DNA from: Octopus vulgaris
Taxonomy: Eukaryota
Length of the DNA stretch: 64,000 nt
Direction of reading: 5' to 3'
NCBI GenBank assembly: GCA_951406725.2
Contig: OX597822.1
Coordinates: 101,866,001-101,930,000, forward strand
Made by a program: the position numbers and the translations under genes
In this document: one piece after another, positions 52,842 to 64,000 of the stretch
How the letters are laid out: every line of letters starts with the position of its first letter
Position numbering within the stretch: position 1 is the first letter of the stretch
The notes under the pieces: generated by a model
The model's input: the letters and a program-made list of their open reading frames with translations, nothing else
Told to the model about the DNA's origin: nothing
The model's database searches: none

Positions 52842-53105
52842 TAATATAATAATAAGGGTAAATAATTTCTATAAAGGTTTTTAAAAAAACCACAATTATT
52901 TACTGGTAGAATTCGGTATGTAAATATAGCCGATTACCGGCAGGAACTTCTGTAAAGTTCAGTATATATATATGTATATATATACTGAACTTTACAGAAG
53001 TTCCTGCCGGTAATCGGCTATATTTACATACCGAATTCTACCAGTAAATAATTGTGGGGTTTTTAAAAACCTTTATAGAAATTATTTACCCTTATTATTA
53101 TATTA
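52842..53105. repeat. Near-perfect palindrome, ~125-bp arms around a (TA)n centre
   Basis: taagggtaaataatttctataaagg..cggcaggaacttctgtaaagttcag / ctgaactttacagaagttcctgccg..cctttatagaaattatttaccctta. Confidence 0.95.
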
Positions 53106-53607
53106 CTAATTGGATTTTTCACTCCCTTACGACAACCCAATAGTTCCTACTCCTATGGAACTATTTTTGTGGTGCGCATGGCAAAATTTTGGAGGGAAGA
53201 TTTACGAATTCAAACGTCTATGTAGGTTTAGCCTTTGCTCGGTTTCTTCAAATATTTTGATGTCGCATGGTCAGAAGGTTTGAGGTACGTAGCATTTGAT
53301 AAATCTATGATAAATCTATTTCAATGGAAAGCTGTGCTGAAGAAGGATGTGAAATATATATGCAATGTATATGAAATATATATCAAAAATATATATGAAA
53401 TATATATTCAATATGTTTATAATCCAGAAACATGATGTTCACAGATAACCACCAGACTTCGTTTTCGATATCTATTCCTTCTGTTTTGCATATGTGAATT
53501 ACAGGGTTTGTCGTGCCCGGAGTCCCACTTTGGTAGAAATAAGCATTCTTGACTGCTATTTCTATTTTTTCGGTATGCGGTCAAGCAACCTGTTGCCTGT
53601 CCCTTTT

Positions 53608-53650
<43 letters not shown>

Positions 53651-53655
53651 CATAA

Positions 53656-53958
53656 GTGGAGGCGCAATGGCCTAGTGGTTAGGGCAGCGGACTCGCGGTC
53701 GTAGGATCGCGGTTTCGATTCCCAGACCGGGCGTTGTGAGTGTTTATTGAGCGAAAACACCTAAAAGTTCCACGAGGCTCCGGCATGGGATGGTGATCCC
53801 TGCTGTACTCTTTCACCACTCTTTCTCCCACTCTTTCTTCTGTTGGCCTTCTCGCTTAGCCAGCGCGGTAGCCTCATTTGAAGGCTAAAACAATGCGAAC
53901 GCATTGTGACCAGCGATGTGTAACTACATCTGATGGACTGGTCGGTCACGTGATCACA
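53656..53958 (+). mobile_element. SINE: head C with a third type of 3' body
   Basis: Head as in 45298. Tail ttgtgaccagcgatgtgtaactacatctgatggactggtc also resembles 59265-59308. Confidence 0.85.
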
Positions 53959-54805
53959 TGATATATATATATATATATACATAAGGATCGTGGGTAAGGC
54001 CAAAACAATGCAAAGTAAATTCAAGGTAAATCGTAAATCACAAGAAAACAGAAATGTAAATTAAATGCAGACTTACCTTGTATTCAATATTTCGAGGTTA
54101 TGACCTCATTTTCAAAACAATTGATGAATGTTGCGGATGTGCAATTTAAATATCAATTTAAGACACATCGGCAGTGGTTTTAAATTGATATTAATCAAAT
54201 TAATATTCAACTTTTCACCCTTATTATTTTAAATTTAAATTTAAATAACTATGTTCTCTAACCGACAAAATTCACTGCAGAAATTTATTTTCTGCAGAAT
54301 TATTTCCGGTATTTTAGCGCGCCAAAATGAAGACTTTTGAACCATGACCCCAAATAAGACGTACGTATATAGACGTGTGCGGGTATGTGAGTATATAGGC
54401 ATGAGTGTGTGCGTGCATACGGGTATGTGCGTATATAGACAGGGTTTACTCTTTGTACACTCTCTTAGATGAATGTATACCTTTAGGCGCTCGCACGTAG
54501 ATGTGCGGGCGCGCATGTGCAGGTATGAACATGCGTGCTTACGCGAATACTATGAACTTTTTACCCACTTACTTTTACTAACTTCCCTCACTCAGCGGTC
54601 ATTCAAATAGCTCTTTTGTCTTAATAACGGTCAATCACACAGTAATTTCCCTTTGTATAACGGTCATTTTTCATAGCATTTTTCCAATGGCCGGATAATG
54701 GAAGAGATGGCGGCATGGATTTCCACCTCAGCATCCGAAACTCAGATTTTTATCATGGCTACCGAATAATTGTTACATATTACCTTTACAGATATTACAC
54801 ACGCG

Positions 54806-54954
<149 letters not shown>

Positions 54955-54961
54955 AGAGAGA

Positions 54962-54994
<33 letters not shown>

Positions 54995-55279
54995 TGAGAG
55001 ATGAGAGAGAGAGAGAGAGAGATGAGAGATGAGAGACAGATATTCTCCGCATAGAATACAGTTCGTAGCGCTCAAGAGATTTAAACTTGATCAAGTAGAT
55101 AGTAAAAGTAAGGATAAGTAAGTGAGGCAAACAAAAGCTTCCTTTTCGATGCATCATCTATGACTTATTTGTTGCTGAGGTTCCTATTAAGAATGTAACC
55201 AACAATACTGCACTAAAAGATACATAAGCTGAATTCGTCAAAAAGATAGCAAGCAGACATTTTGAACAATTATAGATTT

Positions 55280-55616
55280 GATAGGGTTGCCTGGCTTTTC
55301 AACAACCTTAATTCTTAGCTTAAGTTTGTCTAGGGTCCTTCTAAAGCGGTATGCCAGTTCACCTCCAGGGGGGGGTGTCAACGAACATGACACTCTGGTA
55401 TTTATGGCTATCATACCAAGAGTTGGCCTTCCCTATTTTCTTTTTTGTCCTTTCTATAGTGTTCCATGATTTGTTCCTATAGAGTGGGCAAATCCCATTC
55501 CTATCATTACATAATATATTATCAAATTTCTTCATGGCTCCTTTGTTTACTCTGATCCTTTCCCTATGGCTGTAACCTGTGAACTGCATGCGGTGAATGA
55601 AATATAGAACATTCAC
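55280..55616 (-). mobile_element. PLE fragment of another lineage (RT thumb/linker)
   Basis: RMQFTGYSHRERIRV..GICPLYRNKSWNTIERTKKK..SWY..YQSVMFVDTP-GELAYRFRRTL..RIKVVEKPGNPIK, with one frameshift in a C-run. Confidence 0.6.
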
Positions 55617-57408
55617 ATCCGAATGAGAGATCGTGTTAAATAATTTTTAGAAGGAACATGACAGAAACTAACTATAAATGTTATGTAATGTAGCTTTGCG
55701 GCTGGTGGATTTTCTGAATAATAATAGCGAAATCAAAATGCCTGCTATACGATTGTAATTACAACGGTGAGTCAGTAATATATTATTATGATTATATTAC
55801 GTCAATAGCATTTTCACTTTAATACACTACAGAGATATTTCACCTGCAGTAAAACAAGCATTTAGATCTATCAAGATAGAATACTAACCATCGTTTATCC
55901 ATGATTAATGATGTATATATAAGTAGAAGTAGATGATTTAAATGGTATCTCATCTCTGGAAAGACAAATCACTAGAGTATTTTTTCTTCATTCCAAAACA
56001 GTCTGTGAGTCACTGAGCATCCATGTGACACAGGAGAATATTCGATGTTGTGTCAATATATCCACTCAGATTTCTCACCTAAATAATCTGAAGAGTTTCT
56101 CGTATATGCAAAACTCAATCAAAGAAACTAACTTTTGTGTTAACATCATACTCTTCTTGAGTGGTTCGCCATTATCAAGAACAAAATGGCCTTCTGCATA
56201 CATTAAAATCCAAGAGCTATCTTCTAAACAGAATGGAAATATTAGCATATATTAACGCCGTCTGAGACTTCTTCAGACAGAAACTAGTGACATATTCATC
56301 AACAATACAAGCTTGCAGGGCAGAATGGAAATCAAATCTTCACATCATAATTTACAATAAATAAAGACAAACTCGACAGCGTGGTCATATATGTAGCTTG
56401 GTAGACTCAATTTGTCGTCTGTTTTAACACCATTGCTGACTACGTTTAGTATAGTAGCATCTACTTTACCATTAGTATTTTTAACATTATTATTACATAA
56501 TATAAATTACAATCGCTTCAAAGAGCACGATATGTTATATAGCGAACTTTAGCAATATGGAAAGCAGATAGAGTATCGCTATTTGAAGCACTCAAATTAT
56601 AAAAGTGTATATATATTTTTATTTATCAATAATAATTGTGTTGTAAATCACTGACTCTGTAAACGATCAAATACAGCTATCTCTAAATCAGGAAAAAAAT
56701 GGGATAAATGATGAAATCCATAAAAAAACAGAAAAATCTGCTAAACATTACATTTCAACAAATGGAAAATTTCAATATTTGTTGGATTGTAAAATGTTTA
56801 AAAGAGAAATATTGGTTTAGTAAGTAATAACAGTTGAGGTATTATGCATAGAATTCAAATTCCTTTTTACATTCTGGTTAAATAGAAGTATTTATTTGGA
56901 GAAATGCAACTATATTAATTTGATTATCAGGACAAATAAGAAAGACAAAAGACCTCTATAGGAGAAATGACGAGTTGCTAACAATGAAGACAAAAGATTT
57001 TAATATAATTTATCCTAGTGAATTAAGGAATAAATTTCCAATGCATCATACTATGAATGCATTGGAGAAAGAGAGAAACTACAAATACTTGCGAAGAATG
57101 ATGTTAAGTTAGAATAACCATAATTCTTTAAAATAATTTTATAATACATGCATTGCACAATTATATTCGACACAAACACAATGACATTATATTACAAGTA
57201 AAAATATTTGATTGTTGTTTGTTTCTCTCTCCTCGGCGTCTTTGTATGATATGCTAGAAAACCTTTGAGTCGCATGATTTTCTGAAGCATTCCTTGCCAA
57301 ATTTCAAATTTCGAAAAATATTTAAAAGTAGTGTTTGAACGAAAGTCATATGTTTTACATCACCTCTCGCTCTCTCTTTCTCTCTCTCTCTCTCTATCTC
57401 TCTTTCTC

Positions 57409-57477
<69 letters not shown>

Positions 57478-57701
57478 GTACGTTCAATTTATCTATTCTC
57501 TGGTATCAACAAACATTCCCTTTTTTTCCACGAGGAAAGGGCTCTTCCCAGCAAATTTAGAGGTTTGACCATAGAAGTTTACCGCAGGAGAATCGGTTAA
57601 GGACTAAATGGATACGTGCGTAGCGGAGTAAGGCGGAGACAAAGAAACGTCATCTTTGTCGAGAATGGTTGTGTTCGCGTGCGTACGTGCTTGTGTGTGT
57701 G

Positions 57702-57732
<31 letters not shown>

Positions 57733-58396
57733 TTGTGTGTGTTTGTGTGTGTGTGTGTGTGTGTCAGTTGCAAAATGGAGGTTACAAGTTTCAAAGAACT
57801 GTAAAGGCATTTTGAAGGTTAAGGACATGCTTAATAACTGTGATATGGGAGAAGTATGGCAATACTCACATGTGAAATAAATTAATGAACCTTAACGGGA
57901 AAGGAGTTCATGAGGAAAATTCGAAGCAGAGATTACAGATAATCCTGGTCGAATACGATCATGGAGCTTGGAAAGGAAATAGAAAATGGTGATTGAGGCA
58001 CAAAAGTGCGCTTAAGATGAGGTTAGTAGCGGTGAAAATATTTCAGAAGAAAGATCAATGTTTTGTGAAGTGTGAGTTCTTCAGAGAGTTTGCAGTTTGA
58101 CTTCGTGTTGTCAAGCGGGAAGAGAGTTTTTGCTTTTCGATAAAGTTTTGTTCCCCGTCAACAGCCGCACTACATTTCTCGGCTTGTTTTCACTATGGTA
58201 TCAATTCTCTCTAAAGACAGAGATGTGTATAGATCTCTTGCAACGTTTGAGAAGGCATTTAAAGTTAGCCAGATCCGAAATATCGAGTCACTTATTCGCG
58301 AACGCCTTTACGTTGTCTAACTATCCTAACTTAGGTTTCTATTAAGATCGAACTCTCAGAGAAATCCTCAGCTTCTCAGGATCTTCTGACTTTATA

Positions 58397-58457
<61 letters not shown>

Positions 58458-58460
<3 letters not shown>

Positions 58461-58740
58461 GGGAGTAAATCCAAACTTACAGGGAAAAATTAGATTTAGG
58501 ATTAAATCAGATTTCACAGTATGAATATAAATTGAATTAGAGATAAAACCACTATTAGGCAAATCAAACAGTGAAAAACATAAACCAAAACATAAAAATA
58601 AATATAATTAATATAATATACAAAAAATATTAAATTTAAAAACTAAATTATTTAAATTTAAAATTTTTTATATTTATAAATTTTTATAAATTTTTATATA
58701 TATTTTTTAAATTTTAAATTTATAAATTTTTTAACTTTTT
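58458..58740. repeat. AT-rich interspersed repeat next to (AAT)n, related to PLE terminal region
   Basis: aacttacagggaaaaatt..atttcac shared with 17025 and 20620; rest matches 29690-29870. Confidence 0.7.
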
Positions 58741-59364
58741 AATTTTGTATGTGTGTGTGTGTCTGTGATGTTTGTGCATTTGTGTGCATCTGTGTGCATT
58801 TGTGTATATGTGTGTGTATTTGTGTGTATGTATGTTATGATTCCACTTAAACATAGCGATGGTAATAACCACTTGTTAGAATCCAATATGCGAGTGGTGC
58901 TGGCTTTGAGTGAAAGAAAATACAGAAGGATCAGTTTTGATTTTATTCAACATACTCCCTTCTCAGATTCATCCACTTACTGCAGCGTTCCTTCGGTTTT
59001 TCTCTAAGCTCCATAAAAGAACCCGGAATGATAGGCTTTCAACCAGGCCTTTTGTGATACCCTTAAAGCCAAGAACTTTTCAGCATTCCCTCTGACAATC
59101 AATCATCGGGTTAGTACAGGCGTAAGGACACTAAATGAATGACGAAAGAACAGGAGTTACATAATCACTTTTATTAGCCTGTGGCCGTTGCTGTTATAAG
59201 CATGCACTCAGAGCAGAATGCTAATGTTGACCTGCCCGGAAGATGTAACAATGTGAGGAAACTAGTTGTGAACAGCGGTGTATAACAGCATCTGATAGTC
59301 TGGTCAGTGTTACAGATATATAAGTGTGTGCGTGTATATATATATATATATATATATGTATATG

Positions 59365-59398
<34 letters not shown>

Positions 59399-59500
59399 TG
59401 TATGTATGTATGTATGTATGTATGTATGTATATATGTGTGTATATATATATATATATAATATATACATACATACATATATGCATATATATATACATACCT

Positions 59501-59533
<33 letters not shown>

Positions 59534-60073
59534 CTTGATAATTTCGTATGAAAATTTTATTGGAAATGGATACGTGGTGTTCAATCAAATAATCATATAA
59601 ATAATATATATATACATACATACACGGAAACAACGAGAGAAAGAAATGAAAAACAAAGAACGACATGTATATATGTGTATGTGTGCGCGCGCGCGCGTGT
59701 GAGTGGGGGTGTATGTATATATATGCAAACATGACTTTGTTTTATGCTTTATTTTAAATTGCTTTTCAATATTTTCTTTATGAATCATCTCACGCACACC
59801 ATACCCTTCTGATTACATGTTGGCGCTGTGTAGCTATAAACGCTATTCTGTTTAAATAATCATTCGATTTATATGGTTATGTTTAAAACGTAAAAGTTGT
59901 TACTTTCCTGATATATGCTATTAGAAAATAAAACCATTCGGTATACAATATTATGGGATATTATTTTTTGCTTTCCATTAACCGAAATGGCAGCCAGTTT
60001 CGTCTAGCGTAGCTTAACTTTATTTCCAATTCATTAGAAGAAAAATTATTTTGTACACAAAAAATAAATAAGT

Positions 60074-60283
60074 ATGGAGGTAAGCAGTGAAAGAGCTAGT
60101 TGAACTGATTTCTTTGCCATTAGAAAGTATCGATTAGTGCAGAAAATTGGCAGTGAGTCATTCTGTGATATTCAATTAGGAATCAGCATAACAAATGGTA
60201 AAGAAGTCGCTATTAAATAGGTGTCTATAAAAGCTCAATATCAACAACTTGTCTATGCAAGGAAGCTCTAAAACAATCTTGCA
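60074..60283 (+). pseudogene. CSNK1A1: Casein kinase I alpha N-terminal pseudogene fragment
   Basis: [63 protein letters not shown] versus CK1a ..[56 protein letters not shown]. Three stops. Confidence 0.85.
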
Positions 60284-61531
60284 ATATTAATTATAATAGA
60301 AATATGGATGTAAAAAGAAGCGATATTACTTTGAGTTCAAAGTTTAAACCTAAGCTCAAAGAACTTAGGCTTAATTTAAACTTGAATTCATAAAATATAT
60401 AGCGGAATGTGCAAAATGAGGTGTTTTTACTGCATTTTTGACTTTGCGACAAAATATATATTTTAAAAATACTAGGCTCAAGCAACATATATTGCAGATA
60501 TATCTCAGATCACATCGCAATGAGATACTAATAATCAGAATCATAACAGACCACACATACACTATGTAAGAACCCCAGGAGAACCCGTTTTAAAGACAAC
60601 CTACACCCCACACGCACACATATAACACGAGGTCAAAAGCTAAAACAGCTAACAACAACAGGCCATGCTACCCACTCAAGTGATTAGAATATTTGTATAT
60701 TGATATTATTGAAATCTATTATCTTTCGAGATACCAAAGGAGATGCTGTAACAAGCAGTCAATCCTTCAAAATATGAGAACAAAAATACAAAAGCTTCTA
60801 AGAGCATAGTAGCAGTAAATATTGAAAGGAATGAGTGCAGTTAAACAATATTAATTTCACCCGCAAATTAACAAATCTTTATACATTACATAAAAGAATA
60901 AATGATTGCGTGTTTGCTTTCGTAATAACCTTAGCGGCTTTGCTTTAACCCATTGACAAACTTAGGAGTGGTGCTCCGGAAAATTTTCCTATCGATATTC
61001 ACAAATTGAAGAGGTTCCTTTTGTTACTGATTCTGTTTAATAATTTAGATTTCTGCGCGATGTATTTCTCTTGAACATGAAAGATATAAGAGTATAAATG
61101 ATTTACTGATATTTAGCTACATGGAGTAGAGGTCACGTTATATTCTAGATCGAGTTTTAGTGGAGTAAATCGGGTATGTTTATTTTAGCAATGAGCTTTT
61201 CAATTAGAATTTCTACCATCATTAGTCATCTAGTTTTGTAAGAAATTATGGATAGGATGGGTGTGTTGTTTACAAAAGATTTTCGAACCAGATTTTGTGT
61301 CATGATAATGCAAATGCCTCAGACAAAAGATCTCTGAAGTCAAAAGAATGTTAGGTACATTTCAAAGAGGGGAAAATATTAAAAGGAAATGTTAATATCT
61401 ATAAAATAGTAATGTTAGAAAGCTGTAAAAATGAACTTCAGTTCAACGAAGAATAATTTCGTATCGATGTATTTATGCACAATCCCACGTGCACAGATAC
61501 AAACACAATCATTATAAAAACATATACATAC

Positions 61532-61574
<43 letters not shown>

Positions 61575-61723
61575 TATGTGTGTGTGCGCGCGTACGCGCG
61601 TGTGTTCTCAGTATGTGATATTGACAGGTCACAAACATGACGAAACATTAACATCTACCGCTCCTGCAACGGGACCTCACGTGAATTATCTCGCTTCTCT
61701 ATGACTTCTAGGTATATATACAT

Positions 61724-61802
<79 letters not shown>

Positions 61803-61821
61803 ATATATATATATGTATATA

Positions 61822-62900
<1,079 letters not shown>

Positions 62901-63126
62901 ATATGTATATATATATATATACATATATACATGCAAGTGGGTACGGAAACGTTCCTGGTATCGCGGAAGACATGCTTCAAGTCCCAACCTTTAGAGTTCT
63001 TTTATAGGGATTAGAAAAACTAAAGGACGCTGCAATAAGTGGATGAAACTGAATTATGACTAAATCATAATTAACTGATTCTCCTATATTTCTTTTACCC
63101 AAAGCCAGGAACTTTTTAGCACCTCT

Positions 63127-63211
<85 letters not shown>

Positions 63212-63243
63212 TTTATTTTAAGCAGCAGAAAATTCAACAAAAT

Positions 63244-63281
63244 CTGTTACTCTGAGTTTCTCGTTGCCGTTCATCAGACAG
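63244..63281 (-). ncRNA. Minimal type I hammerhead ribozyme motif
   Basis: ctgt-CTGATGA-a cg gcaa cg a-GAAA-ctcagag-TA-acag. Canonical core, GCAA tetraloop, quasi-palindromic stem III. AATAAA and (TA)n lie downstream. Confidence 0.75.
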
Positions 63282-64000
63282 TTTTTGCTAGAATGGAACT
63301 TATATATTAATTCAATCTATACTCTTACAAACGCTACACCTTTAAAAAGAAATGGACTTGTTTGATTGGCCCTTTAGAAAAAACGGTCAATCTTCGAGCG
63401 ATAAACAAAAAGGTCAAAAATATATGTATATATATATATATAAAAAAATTTATAAAAATTATAAAAATTATAAAATCCGCGGAAAAAACCGAGGAAAAAA
63501 CCTATTGCCGTTAATGAAGACAGTACAAATTAATGCATAGAAATTAAACCTGTTATAAATACTGCAATACATATTTATATTAAAATCCACATATATATAT
63601 CAACATACACAAAAGGATGCGCGTAAACGCCATACATACATATACAGACGTATGAATATGAATCTAAATTATACACATAAAAGCATGTGTACATATATTC
63701 ACGCAAACCGTCTCGCACGCAAGCTAAAATTCATCTATGTAGCAATTCTCATATACTGAGCAAGGAGGGGGAACGAAAGAAAGGGAAAGAGAGAAAAAGG
63801 AACGAAGGAGGGGTGGGGAAAAAACTTGTAGCGATGTTATTGGCATCTATAGAGGCCAGTATACATACACAAGTTTGAATTGATACATATACATACCGTC
63901 GTGTGTATGCGTGCTTAAGCACAAGCATACTTTCACTTACACATACACAGATACGCATGCTTACAAATACATATGCTTTGCTATGCACATACTTATATAA

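Overview
AT-rich animal (eukaryotic) genomic DNA, intergenic or deep intronic. It is saturated with (TA)n, (TATG)n, (CA)n, (GA)n and (AAT)n microsatellites and with tRNA-derived SINEs. The repeat repertoire looks cephalopod, probably Octopus, which is an inference from the SINE types and composition. No intact host gene is supported, and almost every ORF in the track is a translated microsatellite. Recognisable content: a full-length decayed mariner, a decayed Chapaev3-type transposase, hAT and foldback MITEs (one with internal TTAGGG arms), two non-autonomous Helitrons, R4/Dong-like and CR1-clade LINE fragments, a Ty3/Gypsy pol fragment, several Penelope-like element (PLE) fragments of different lineages, a U6 snRNA fragment and a casein kinase I alpha pseudogene fragment. 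The most interesting hidden signal is a series of hammerhead-ribozyme (HHR) motifs tied to PLE ends and (TA)n tracts. Three of them share the non-canonical core UUGAAAA, which replaces the C3-G8 tertiary pair with a compensatory U3-A8 pair. All assignments come from manual reading and translation; no database search was run, and coordinates of decayed elements are approximate.
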